From contig CAWCXJ010000013.1 in the NCBI GenBank assembly GCA_963799485.1, positions 1 through 64,000 of the forward strand: a stretch of 64,000 nt of DNA, given 5' to 3'. Shown here piece after piece: positions 10,041 through 19,826 of this stretch (positions are counted from its first letter, which is position 1; each line of letters begins with the position of its first letter). This stretch comes from an uncultured Trueperaceae bacterium. GTDB lineage: Bacteria; Deinococcota; Deinococci; Deinococcales; Trueperaceae. The position numbers were made by a program, and so were the translations under genes. The notes below the pieces were generated by a model. It saw only the letters and a program-made list of their open reading frames with translations, was not told where the DNA came from and made no database searches.

Positions 10041-11579
10041 ATTTTCCTCCTTTAACTGACCTTGAGTGCGCAAAAACGCCGAGAGTAAATTGCTCTGAGC
10101 GACATAGCGAACAAGTGGATAGTCTTCTGAGTTATCTGAGGGCTGCGAAAGGTGGTAAGCGGCGTAATTACCGAAGCGATAAACCTTGATCAATTCCATA
10201 AAATCTTGAAGGAGTTGCCGTGCGTCTACCAAGCCACCTGTGATGAGTGTGGCGTAGAACTCGAGCACGCTACGACTTAAAAAATCTGTACCACTTTTAC
10301 GGACTGGGAGCAAATAATACATTTTTTGAGGGGTTAGTTCCCACTGACTACTTTCGCCAAAAAGGACATCGCCTAAGGCTGTCTTGATATGGTCGCCTGC
10401 GCGTCTAAGCTCGGCAAGTCTGTACTCAGGAACATCTTGAATGAGGCGAACTACTTTGAAGCTAGCCTGAGCGCGTTTGTAAAATAACAGGTCGAGTGAA
10501 TAGTTTCGTTCACCAGCCTCGTCATCGGCAATTTCATCTAGTCTGTCCTGAATTCCCAAGTTGATGTCGGTACGTTTTTTGATACCACGCGTTGCATCTA
10601 AAATGTCACCGATAGCCGTAGTAGGCATTTCAACTTGATAAAGATTAGGAAGGACGTAGCCGTTTGTACCTGCTAGATAAAACCTCATCTCGCGTTCTAC
10701 AAAGCGTTCACCAACGAGCAGCGCAATGTAAGCGTCCTTAGAGACTGCCAAATTAGCTTGGAACCCGTCTTTAACAGCACCCGAAGCAAAACCATGTTTG
10801 TCAGTAATGTAATATTTGAACTTCAGACGTGTGAGGTTTGAAGTAACGGGCGTAACCACGCCCGTCAGGTGACAGCAGCCTATTTCGGCATCTTCAAAAA
10901 TCTCGCCTACGTAGACGTTTTCGAGATAAGTAAGGTATTCATCGTTATTGACTAAAAGCTGCCCGTCAACCTCGAGCGTAAAAAGAATTCTGTCACCGTT
11001 AAGTTGGTTTTTGAAGTGCTCCACTAGTGCGTCAGCCACTAGTTTCGGTAACCCCTTGACAGTTCCTTCCTTACTGACATATTGCTGCGTTTCATCCAAT
11101 GTTGGACCCGGAATATTTAGCTTAGGTAAATTCAAGACTTTTCGGGAACGTCGGTAGGTCATGGCGCTATCAGAAACGCCGAGGCTGTCTTGTTCACCCA
11201 TATCAATGAAGAAAGCATTGATAATCTCGGTGAGCGTATTGTAAAGAGGGGTATCTACTGTGATGGCTGAAACGAGGTTGGGTAGTGTTTGAGAAACTAG
11301 GTAGTGAAGTCCATCCGTTGTGAGTCTATCTTGATCGCTAGCAGAGCTTGCGGCATTTCCAAGCCAGAGAAAGTCTTCAACGGTATTTGCGCCGCGTTCG
11401 CTGATTTCGCGTATTTCTAGGTCAAGCGTTGATGCTTCGGTGTCAAACTTCAAAATGGCAATAGTTGGCTTGTCTTTTATTGTATTCGGCGGCGCTTTTG
11501 CCAATGATTCTAAAAAGGCTCGTTTGCCGCTCGAGTCCTCCATGATGGCTTTGCCAATTTGATAAATGCTCTCAATCAT
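9555..11579 (-). CDS. cas8b: Type I-B large subunit Cas8b (Csh1-like)
   Basis: 674 aa directly upstream of cas7; FKYYITDK motif; C-terminal helical region (LGVLIGEI..Q, ILNKLNYQGM, NVYYILSGY). Confidence 0.85.
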   Translation of the reverse strand: MIESIYQIGKAIMEDSSGKRAFLESLAKAPPNTIKDKPTIAILKFDTEASTLDLEIREISERGANTVEDFLWLGNAASSASDQDRLTTDGLHYLVSQTLPNLVSAITVDTPLYNTLTEIINAFFIDMGEQDSLGVSDSAMTYRRSRKVLNLPKLNIPGPTLDETQQYVSKEGTVKGLPKLVADALVEHFKNQLNGDRILFTLEVDGQLLVNNDEYLTYLENVYVGEIFEDAEIGCCHLTGVVTPVTSNLTRLKFKYYITDKHGFASGAVKDGFQANLAVSKDAYIALLVGERFVEREMRFYLAGTNGYVLPNLYQVEMPTTAIGDILDATRGIKKRTDINLGIQDRLDEIADDEAGERNYSLDLLFYKRAQASFKVVRLIQDVPEYRLAELRRAGDHIKTALGDVLFGESSQWELTPQKMYYLLPVRKSGTDFLSRSVLEFYATLITGGLVDARQLLQDFMELIKVYRFGNYAAYHLSQPSDNSEDYPLVRYVAQSNLLSAFLRTQGQLKEENVSLNYLDNLSLSNKQREYLEKLRYSQNQTALYLLGVLIGEIANSQYRLGSEGKGGKKTILNKLNYQGMTLNKVQQLAVDLFDKLRQYRDSQRQPLLNARNEKIFAQAQTLLSEGAGSWTLTPNENVYYILSGYSHSTLQAITSVPRPPDGESSDNPNSEGE

Positions 11580-11861
11580 TTAGCGAATACCGTCATCTTG
11601 CTTTTCATCTATGTACTTCTGGTCCAAGTCAGCTAAATGCTTCTTGATATTTTCTGGACTCATATCAAATTCTTTCCCACTGTTGAAAGTGTGAAAAACG
11701 ACAGATTCGTTCTTGCCATGGTTCGGCTCGAGCCTACCCCGCATAGCCTCGGCATCAGGTCCTGCAAAGGTCGTTACGCGGGCGGGTTCGCGGCTACCTT
11801 GTTTAGGGTCTGCGGCCTCTGGCAAGTTGTCTTTTGGGTTGCCAAAACATTTTTCATCCAT
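11580..11861 (-). CDS. Hypothetical 93-aa hydrophilic protein inside the cas operon
   Basis: AAAGGAGG RBS 7 nt before ATG 11861; its TAA is immediately followed by the cas8b ATG. Confidence 0.7.
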   Translation of the reverse strand: MDEKCFGNPKDNLPEAADPKQGSREPARVTTFAGPDAEAMRGRLEPNHGKNESVVFHTFNSGKEFDMSPENIKKHLADLDQKYIDEKQDDGIR

Positions 11862-11914
11862 TGTCACGCCTCCTTTGCGCATTTTGTTACTGCTCGAGTC
11901 GTCCTCACCCTCAC

Positions 11915-12673
11915 CTACCCAACTACCTCAACCATCCCGAACCCTTGGGCGTTTTTGCCGCCTAACCCCACGTCATACCCCAGTTCAAAGTACCCCTGCG
12001 GCAGCTTCAGTTCGTAAAGCCCTAACCAGGCTTGAACGCTGAACCCCTTGTAGCTGACTATTTTCTTGTCCCTTTCAGAAACCCGAAGCGGTTTGATAAA
12101 GGCGTGCGCGAGCGCCCTATCCGTGTCGTCTTCCCACCCCAGCGCCTTGGCTTTACGCGCCAGGTTTCGCAGCAGCATCGGACTCCAGTCGCGTTCTTGT
12201 GGGCTGTAGTAGTGCGTGAGCTTGCCGCCGCCTGGTTTCTCGAAGGTGCTGTAGACCGTAATCGGCGAGAGCGCTTTTACCCGGACAGATTGACCCGCCT
12301 GAACACAGGGGGGGCGGAGAATCTCGACCCCGCCGACCTGCACCTCGTTTTGCCCCAGCCGCAACGTCTGGCTTTTAAGCAGGTGCTCGGCGAGCGAAGC
12401 GAGAATCTGCGTGTTACAGCTGGCGAGTTGGAACCTGATGGGGCCGCTAAATGAGATGCGTTTGGTCTCCCGGTTTAGGTCGAAGGCTCCGGTCAGGCGT
12501 GAAAAGGTAAACATCTTATAGGTGCGCCTAGCGTAGCTGTAGGCGTCGCCGTGAAGCCAGTTAGCCAGGTTAGGCTCGAGCTGACCGTAGATAAAGCCTT
12601 GTAAAATCGCGTTGTAGTGAACGGGTAGAGAGAGCGTGCGTGACTCGGGGACGAGGGTGACTTGGATACGCAA
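11915..12673 (-). CDS. cas6: CRISPR RNA maturation endoribonuclease Cas6
   Basis: YKMFTFSRL, LSPITVY and the G-loop GLGGKNAQGFGMV; start set at TTG 12673 behind AAGGAG. Confidence 0.95.
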   Translation of the reverse strand: MRIQVTLVPESRTLSLPVHYNAILQGFIYGQLEPNLANWLHGDAYSYARRTYKMFTFSRLTGAFDLNRETKRISFSGPIRFQLASCNTQILASLAEHLLKSQTLRLGQNEVQVGGVEILRPPCVQAGQSVRVKALSPITVYSTFEKPGGGKLTHYYSPQERDWSPMLLRNLARKAKALGWEDDTDRALAHAFIKPLRVSERDKKIVSYKGFSVQAWLGLYELKLPQGYFELGYDVGLGGKNAQGFGMVEVVG

Positions 12674-12816
12674 GGGGGCTCCTTGACCTGGTAAGTTAAA
12701 CAAGTATACCTAAGTGCACGGGCGGTTGGTGCAAAAAAGTACCCGCAATGTTCAGCACCCTGATCTTGCCCCGTTTTCCCGGAAAGGTAGTTAAGCAGCT
12801 TCAGGGAAGTGTACTC

Positions 12817-13320
12817 GAGCTTTTGTCAAGTGTTGTGGACGCAGGTCTTCAAGCGGCGAGCTTGTCCTCTCTGATGCCGTCGATGAACCTTATATTTTGA
12901 AGTACGTCTTTGAGCAGTTCTGAGCCTTTGAGCCTCAGCCACTTCCTTTCTGCCGCCTGGGCGAGCTTGAAAACGAGTTAGAGCATGGTGTCGCGGGAAA
13001 GGTTGTTGCGGGTTTTAGTTGTGCGGAGCCTGACGGTAGCAAAGGTGGATTCGATGAGGTTGGCGGTGCGAATGTGCGACCAGTGCCGAGCGGGGAAGTT
13101 GTAAAAGGTGAGCAGTGCGTCGCGGTCTTTTGCCAAGCACGCAGCCGCTTTGGGGTACTTATCTTCGTAGCTTTCCAAGAAAAAGTTGAAGGCTTTCTCG
13201 GCATCGTCTTTTGTGACCGCCATCCAGATGTTCTGTAGGTCGCTCTTGGCTCTTGGTTGTTGGCTCTTGGGTAACGCGCTCAGGACGCTGGCGGTCTTAT
13301 ACACCCAGCAACGCTGCGCT
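12817..13320 (-). mobile_element. IS256-family remnant: transposase C-terminus with an internal stop, plus the right end
   Basis: QRCWVYKT..., FYNFPARHWSHIRTANLIESTFATVRLRT; TAA at 12978, then the frame continues LVFKLAQAAERKWLRL...KLAA to TGA 12849. Terminal sequence GAGCTTTTGTCAAG at 12817. Confidence 0.85.
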
Positions 13321-13369
13321 TCACCCGAGCTGAGCCACGCGCCGACGAGTACGTTCCCATCTGCAAGAC

Positions 13370-14209
13370 TTATTTGATCCTTAGGCGCGGCATCAGTACG
13401 TCTTCTAGGGAGCGTCCCAGCAGTACGAAACCGAGAACTGTAGCGGAAATGAGTAAGCCTGGTGGGATCACCCACCAAGGCCACGAGCCGTTAAGGAAAG
13501 CGCCTCGGGCTTGGGCGTAAAAGAGGATGGTACCCCACGACTTCTGTAGAGGATCCCCGAGCCCCAAAAACGCCAATCCGGCTTCGGTTAGGATCGCACC
13601 CGAGGTGGCCAGCACGAACTGTGACAGTGCAAGCGGCAACACCCCCGGCAGGACGTGGCGGAAGAGCAGGTGGTGAAACTGTCCTCCAAGTGACCTGGCG
13701 GCTTCTACATATGCGAGGCTGCAGATCGACATCCCCTGGCTACGGACGATGCGAGCCGGTCGCGCCCAGATCACCAACGTGATGACCAGTGCGGTATTCC
13801 ATAAGCTAGGCCCTAAAAACGCAGCCAGCACGACCGCCAGCGGTAAAAATGGAAGGGTCAGCACTACGTCGGTGAGACGCATCAAGACCGTATCGATCCA
13901 GCCCCCAGCGAGGCTTGCGACGACTCCGACAGTTGTACCGAAAAGGATTGCGGCACCCGCCGCGACAAGTCCAATCGTCAGGGAAACGCGGGTACCCCAG
14001 AGTACTTCGGAAAAGATATCCTGACCGATGTCGTTAGTACCGAGCCAGTGGGCAAGCGAGGGTCGGGCGAAGGGCAGGCCGGTTACCTCCCTTGGGTCGT
14101 AGGGGGCAATCACCGGGCCGAACAGAGCGAGAAACAACATTATCCCGAGCAGACCGGTGCCGAGCGCGGCGATAGGTGAGCCGAAAAGGATCTGACCGAG
14201 GGTTTTCAC
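13370..14209 (-). CDS. Peptide/nickel ABC transporter permease (OppC/DppC-like)
   Basis: HWLGTNDIGQD, YVEAARSLG EAA loop, LAFLGLG, SWG motifs. Confidence 0.92.
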   Translation of the reverse strand: MKTLGQILFGSPIAALGTGLLGIMLFLALFGPVIAPYDPREVTGLPFARPSLAHWLGTNDIGQDIFSEVLWGTRVSLTIGLVAAGAAILFGTTVGVVASLAGGWIDTVLMRLTDVVLTLPFLPLAVVLAAFLGPSLWNTALVITLVIWARPARIVRSQGMSICSLAYVEAARSLGGQFHHLLFRHVLPGVLPLALSQFVLATSGAILTEAGLAFLGLGDPLQKSWGTILFYAQARGAFLNGSWPWWVIPPGLLISATVLGFVLLGRSLEDVLMPRLRIK

Positions 14210-15180
14210 GTGGTCGTCTGCCGCACGCGCGGGTCAAGCAGTGGATAGACCGCGTCGGAGAAGATGTTGGCGACGATGACACTAACTGTGAGGATCAAAA
14301 AAGCCCCTTGCAGCATGGGGTAGTCGCGGTTTAAGACCGCTTGGTAGAGCAGCGTACCGATCCCGGGGTATGAAAAGACCGTTTCGATGACGGTAGCCCC
14401 CCCGACGAGGAACCCAAGGTTCAAGAAGATGACGGTAGAGACGGGCAAGAGCGCGTTACGTAACGCGTGCTTGAGGAGAACGGTGCGTTCACGGACACCC
14501 TTGGCGCGGGCCGTACGAATATAGTCTTGACCAAGCACATCGAGCATGGCGTAGCGCATCGTCAGGTAGGTGCCCGAAAGGGTAGCGAGAGTCAGTGAGG
14601 TGGCGGGCAAGATGAGGTGGCGCAAGATATCGAAAACGTACGGCCAACCGCTCTGCACGCCCCACGGCGTCACTGCGCCGTAAACGGGAAACCAGCGGAG
14701 TTCAACGGCGAAGACGGCTGTGAGCATCATCCCCAACCAGAATGTCGGTAGCGAGTCGACGAAAATGGCACCTAGCAAAGAACTCGTATCGATAAACTTA
14801 CCGCGCCGCCAGGCAGCTAATGCGCCAACGACCACCCCAAAGAGGCTGGCCACGAAAAGGCTCGAGCCGACCAGCAGAAGAGTCCAGGGCAGCCGTTCGA
14901 GAATTGTGCGGGCGACGGGTTGACCGAGCTGGTACGAGTAGCCCCAGTCACCTGTAACGCTCGCTCCAAGGTAACGCAGGTACTGCACGCCTAAAGGTTG
15001 GTCAAGCCCGTAGCGGGCGCGCACTTCGGCTACTTCATCAGGCGCGAGAGTGCCGACCTCATCACCGGCGAGAAAGCGCAGCGGACTGCCCGGCATCAGG
15101 CGCGGCAGGAAGAAGTTAAGCGTCAGCGCTGCCACAAGCACCAGCGTATACTGACCAAGTTTGCTGACGTACCAACTCAC
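14206..15180 (-). CDS. Peptide/nickel ABC transporter permease (OppB/DppB-like)
   Basis: RLMPGSP, YGLDQP, DYIRTARAKG, HALRNA, ETVFSYPGIG, LDPRV motifs. Confidence 0.93.
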   Translation of the reverse strand: MSWYVSKLGQYTLVLVAALTLNFFLPRLMPGSPLRFLAGDEVGTLAPDEVAEVRARYGLDQPLGVQYLRYLGASVTGDWGYSYQLGQPVARTILERLPWTLLLVGSSLFVASLFGVVVGALAAWRRGKFIDTSSLLGAIFVDSLPTFWLGMMLTAVFAVELRWFPVYGAVTPWGVQSGWPYVFDILRHLILPATSLTLATLSGTYLTMRYAMLDVLGQDYIRTARAKGVRERTVLLKHALRNALLPVSTVIFLNLGFLVGGATVIETVFSYPGIGTLLYQAVLNRDYPMLQGAFLILTVSVIVANIFSDAVYPLLDPRVRQTTT

Positions 15181-16772
15181 TCCTGGGCAGTTACGAACGA
15201 GTTCTTGTTGATGATGCCTTGACCCGCCATGTAGGTCCAGGCGTCGTACACAGCCGGGCGGTAGGCGTAGATGCCGTCCTGATAGAAAAGCGTAATGAGA
15301 GGCAGGTCTTCAGCGAGAATCTCTTGCACCTGGAAGAGGAGCTCGCGGCGCGCTGCGTCGTCAGTCGTAATGACCGCCTCGTCGGTGAGTCTATCGACTT
15401 CGGGATTGGCGTAACCCGCGAGGTTGAGATTGCCTTTAGCCGGATTTGAATGAAGCAGGCCGATCAGGTTGGCTTGCGAATTCACCGGCGCACTCCAGCC
15501 GAACATTGACAGCTGATAGTTGCGGCCTTGGGAAACGTCGAAGTCGGGCCAAACCCGCTCGACTAAGGCTTCGTTCTCGATGGCCCGCACGGTTACGGCG
15601 AAGCCTGCGACGTTGAGATCTTGAGCGATGAGTTCGGCGGCGCGCAAACGGATGGGGTTATCAGAAGGTGCGAGAAACTCGAACTCGAGGCGGTTACCAT
15701 CGGCGTCGGCGTAGATACCGTCTGCACCGGCGCTGAAACCGAGCGCCTCGAGCTGGGCGCGCGCCTCGTCGGCTGTCATAGCGGTGTACTCGGCGGTTGC
15801 CGGATTGGCAAAAGTGCTTTCGGGATGCATAAATCCCGGCGTCCCGGCAGTAGCGTAGCCGAGCAGGAGCGTGTTGACGAGTTGGTCATAGTCGATAAGC
15901 CCGGCCATCACCCGGCGCACCTCAGGCTCCGCGAGTGCTCCCTGAGTGACGTCCATGATCAGTAGAGTCGAGGCGAACCCGGAACCTTGAGCGATCTCGA
16001 GGTCGCCCCTCTGGAAACGCTCTACCAACTCGGGTGGCACAGTGCGGGCAGCCACGTCGATCTCGCCTACCTGAAGCGCCTGAAAGGTGGCGGTCTGGTC
16101 CTTAATGACCGGAGCAATAATCTCATCGAAGGCAGGTGCCGGTCCCCAGAAGTCGGGATTTTCGGTGAGACGATAAAACTGGTCGGTGCGGTACTCCGCC
16201 AGTCTGTAAGGGCCACTGCCAACAACCGCTTCGGTGGGTGCAGTATTTGGATCGCCTACGTCACTCCAGATGTGCTGGGGGAGGATCGGCAAGTCGGCGA
16301 GCCCCGTCTGCGTGAAAGTAGCGTCGGGCGCTGCTAGCGTGAGCACCACAGTTTGCTCGTCAGGGGTAGCCACCGCCGTAATTTTGTTGGCTGAGGTGGT
16401 GAAACGACCTAGTAAATTATCTTTGTAGTACTGCACCGTGTAGGCGACATCCGCCGCAGTGAGCGCCTCACCGTCTTGCCAGACGAGACCCTCTTTGAGC
16501 GTCACGGTGTAGTTGAGGCCGTCATCACTGATCGTTAAACCCTTGGCCAGCCACGGTTGCGGGGTGAGGTCGGCGTCCATCAAGTACAGCGTGTCATAGA
16601 TGAGCGTCATTAGTTCATAACCCGGAAACCCGGTCTGGTAGGTGTAGGGAGTGAGAGTCCCTTCGTCTTGGGTGATCGCCAACCGGAGTGTCCGCCCAGT
16701 GTGACCGGCGAATGCTTGAGCTGAGAGCCATACCATCAGCAAACACGTAAAAAGCTTTGTGCCGCGCGTCAT
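15177..16772 (-). CDS. Family 5 ABC substrate-binding protein
   Basis: Likely start MTRGTKLF at 16772 with AAGGAGG RBS and signal peptide; WQDGEALTAADV and VGSGPY motifs. Confidence 0.92.
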   Translation of the reverse strand: MTRGTKLFTCLLMVWLSAQAFAGHTGRTLRLAITQDEGTLTPYTYQTGFPGYELMTLIYDTLYLMDADLTPQPWLAKGLTISDDGLNYTVTLKEGLVWQDGEALTAADVAYTVQYYKDNLLGRFTTSANKITAVATPDEQTVVLTLAAPDATFTQTGLADLPILPQHIWSDVGDPNTAPTEAVVGSGPYRLAEYRTDQFYRLTENPDFWGPAPAFDEIIAPVIKDQTATFQALQVGEIDVAARTVPPELVERFQRGDLEIAQGSGFASTLLIMDVTQGALAEPEVRRVMAGLIDYDQLVNTLLLGYATAGTPGFMHPESTFANPATAEYTAMTADEARAQLEALGFSAGADGIYADADGNRLEFEFLAPSDNPIRLRAAELIAQDLNVAGFAVTVRAIENEALVERVWPDFDVSQGRNYQLSMFGWSAPVNSQANLIGLLHSNPAKGNLNLAGYANPEVDRLTDEAVITTDDAARRELLFQVQEILAEDLPLITLFYQDGIYAYRPAVYDAWTYMAGQGIINKNSFVTAQE

Positions 16773-16972
16773 CCTTGCCTCCTTGGGTCCGACCGTGCGC
16801 CCATCGGGCGCGAGGTTGACCACCACTAGTTTATGAAAAATGACTATACCGGACATACAGCCGCTAAGTCCACCCCCTGGGGGTGTGGGACTGTCACAGC
16901 TTGGATTGTTGTGGGGCAGGTATAGCTCTAGAGGGCTTTTGAGAACCCCCCACTTGTGCTTGGGTAAGGAGT

Positions 16973-17250
16973 TATACTCATTCCGGCTAAATCCCGAATT
17001 AAACGAGGGGCCACCAGTGGAAGAGGGTGTGCTGGGTGAAGAGGTCAGGCTGAGTACGCAAGAGTAGGTGCAGCGCCCAGACAAAACCTCTTGTAACTCT
17101 TACAAGTCGTCGATAGAGCGGTTGACAAGTGGCTCGTCGGTACGAGCCCAGAGATGTTCGACAGGTTGAAGTTCCGGGGAGTGTGAGGGTAGGAACAGAA
17201 GCTCAACGACGTCGGGAACGCGCAGCTTGTCGGAGGTGGGCCAGCTAGAA
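16973..17250 (-). mobile_element. IS630-family remnant (degraded transposase C-terminus and end)
   Basis: LLFLPSHSPELQPVEHLW, an in-frame stop, then a shifted frame ending TLFHWWP; TA-flanked end near 16973. Confidence 0.75.
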
Positions 17251-17260
17251 CAGGTAACCT

Positions 17261-17780
17261 TGACGTGACCCCCGAAACCCAAGCCAAGAGGTCGAGACCC
17301 TTTGCAGCGCGAGCAGGACGCCGCTGCGCTGCTCGAGCAGATCACCACTATCTTCGAGGAGAGCGGCAAGCGCTACGGCAGCCCGCGTGTCCACGCCAAA
17401 CTGCGTAAGCGCCGGGTCGTGTGCGCTTTAAGGCGCGTCAAAAGGTTGATGCGACAGGCTGGGCTCTACGCCGTACCAGAGCGCAAGTATAAGCGTCGCA
17501 AGACGCCCGAGGTGTTGTTAGAAACAGCGAACCTGCTCATTCCCAAGCTCAACATCGTCGAGGCAAATCAGGTCTGGTATTCGGATATCACCTTCGTGAA
17601 GACGAGCGAAGGCTGGCTTTACCTAGCTGCAGTCATGGACGCTTACTCAAAGCGCATCGTCGGCTACGCCATGAGCGACAACATGAAAACCGCTCTCGTG
17701 ATCCAAGCGCTGAGGATGGCGACGAAGCAGCGCTGCACACCCAGAGGGCTCATCTGTCACAGCGATAAGGGTAGTCAATA
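17261..17780 (+). mobile_element. IS3-family remnant (TG-starting end plus OrfB fragment), cut at HSDKGSQ
   Basis: TGACGTGACCCCCGAAAC end at 17261; RYGSPRV, NQVWYSDITFV, WLYLAAVMD, HSDKGSQ integrase motifs. Confidence 0.85.
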
Positions 17781-18652
17781 GACCTCTTGCAGAAGTAAGG
17801 CGAGCTGTTGCAAGGTGGTCAGATGCGTTACGAAGCAGTGAAAGACTTAAGTCCAAAAGCGTTCAAACGGCTGACGGGTGTCAAACCGGTGGTGTTCGGG
17901 GAGATGATCGGGGTGCTTCGAGAAGCGCAGAGGCACAAGAAGTCAGGCCGCCCGGGCAAGCTTTCTCTTGAAGACAAGGTGTTGTTGACGCTGATGTATT
18001 GGCGAGAGTACCGGACGCAGTTTCATATTGCGGCGAGTTACGGGGTACATGAAGCAACCGCCTGTCGCATCATCAGGCAGACTGAAGACGCGCTGGTCAG
18101 CTCGGGTCAGTTCAGCTTGCCCCAACGCCGTGAAGTCGCCGAGCATGACTGGGTGGTGGTCTTGGTCGACGCCACCGAGACGCGCACCGAACGCCCCAAA
18201 AAAACCAGCGGCGCTACTACAGCGGCAAGAAAAAGTGCCATACCTTGAAAAGTCAGGTCGTCCTCGACGCGAGAAGCCACAAGCTTCTCGCCACCGCCCA
18301 CGCCCCGGGGTCAACGAACGACCTCACCCTCCTGAGAACGGCTGACCCCAAGCTGCAAGCCCACGTCTGGGTCGTCGCCGACGGCGGTTATCAAGGTTAT
18401 GCCAAAGACCATCGGCAGCGCTGTCTACCTATCCGCAAACCGCGCGGAGCTGAACCTAAACCTGAAGACAAAGCCCACAACCGCTCGCTCGCCCGCTTCC
18501 GCGTCACCGTCGAACACACTATCCGCTCACTGAAAATCTGGCACATCCTCAAAGACCCCTACCGCAACCGCCGCAAGCGCTTCTCCTTACGTTTTCGCCT
18601 CATCGCCGGGCTCATCAACGCTCAGCTCCAAACCTGACTTTCGCAGGAGGTC
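17781..18652 (+). mobile_element. IS5-family (ISL2/IS702-like) element, apparently complete; transposase via -1 frameshift (17823-18637)
   Basis: Imperfect IRs GACCTCTTGCAGAAGT / ACTTTCGCAGGAGGTC with TA on both flanks; A7 at 18198-18204 joins ERPKK to NQRRYYSGKKKCHTLK; VDATE, ADGGYQG, RVTVEH catalytic motifs. Confidence 0.88.
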
Positions 18653-18657
18653 TACTA

Positions 18658-19824
18658 GGCTGTCAACAAAGGTTTACAGAGTAAGCTAGAGAATGCGAAG
18701 ACGAGAGATCAGCCTAAACGAAGAAGAACGAGAACAGCTTCAAACGTTGACACGTAAAGGCAGCGCCCGTGTTCGGAAGATTGACCGGGCGCGTATCTTG
18801 CTACTTGCCGACACCAACGGTGAACACCTTAGCGATACAGAGATTGCCAAGGTGCTGGGCATAGCCAGCACAACCGTGTGGCGCACGAAACGGCTGTTTG
18901 CCGAACAGGGACTACAAGCAGCCCTTGGCTACGCTCAAGCGGTGAGGTTCAAGCCCCGTAAACTTGACGGACGTGGCGAGGCTAGACTGATTGCGCTCGC
19001 CTGTAGTGAAGCGCCCGCCGGACACGCAGGATGGACGTTGCGAATGCTCGCAGATAAGCTTGTGGAACTCGAGGTGGTCAGCACTATCTCACATGAAGCG
19101 GTGCGTCAGACGCTCAAAAAAACGAGTTGTCCCCTCACTTAAAGGAACAGTGGTGCATCCCTCCGGAGGCGAGTGCCCGTTTTGTCGCTCACATGGAAGA
19201 TGTCTTGGATGTATACGAGCGACCGCTTGACCCGAAGTTTCCGGTGGTCTGCGTTGACGAACGTCCGTGTTACCTCATTGGGGACAAACGTGAGGTTGTC
19301 CCCGCTAAACCTGGACAGCTTGCCCGTTTCGATTTCGAGTATGTCAGAAACGGCACGGCCAACGTATTTGGGCTGTTTGCACCGCTATTGGGCTGGCGCG
19401 AGATGATGGTGACGCAAAGGCGAACGAAGCTGGCGTTCGCCGCCTGCATGAAGCGGCTTGTAGACGAGTTCTTTCCTGAAGCAGAGCGGATTATCGTCGT
19501 CCTCGATCAGCTCAACACCCATTCAAAGGCGTCACTCTATGAAGCCTTTGAACCCAAGGAGGCACATCGGCTTGCCGCCAAGCTCGAGTTGCACCACACG
19601 CCTGAGCATGGCAGTTGGCTAAACGCCGTTGAAATCGAATTTGCGGCGCTCAGCAAGCAGTGTCTGGACAGGCGCAGCGCCGACTTAACCCGGCTTACGC
19701 AAGAAGTAGGTGCTTGGACATTCGAACGCAACTTGCTGGGCACCAAAGTGAACTGGCAGTTCACCACCGCTGATGCCCGCATCAAGTTGGCTCGGCTTTA
19801 TCCTGTAAACCTTTGTTGACAACC
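18658..19824 (+). mobile_element. IS630-family element, apparently complete; transposase via -1 frameshift (18693-19819)
   Basis: 22-bp IRs GGCTGTCAACAAAGGTTTACAG / CTGTAAACCTTTGTTGACAACC (1 mismatch) with TA duplication; A7 at 19116-19122; CVDE, VLDQLNTH, WLNAVEIE motifs. Confidence 0.93.
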
Positions 19825-19826
19825 TA

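Noticed and set aside
11580..12816. CreTA-like mini-array around cas6
   Set aside because: No recognisable repeat-like pair, and the cognate repeat is unknown from this window, so it cannot be supported.
12978..13484. 168-aa ORF as a real gene
   Set aside because: Chimera of an off-frame permease 3' end and the IS256 remnant.
16773..17084. 104-aa N-terminal extension of the substrate-binding protein
   Set aside because: Runs through promoter DNA and the IS630 remnant; the RBS and signal peptide point to 16772.
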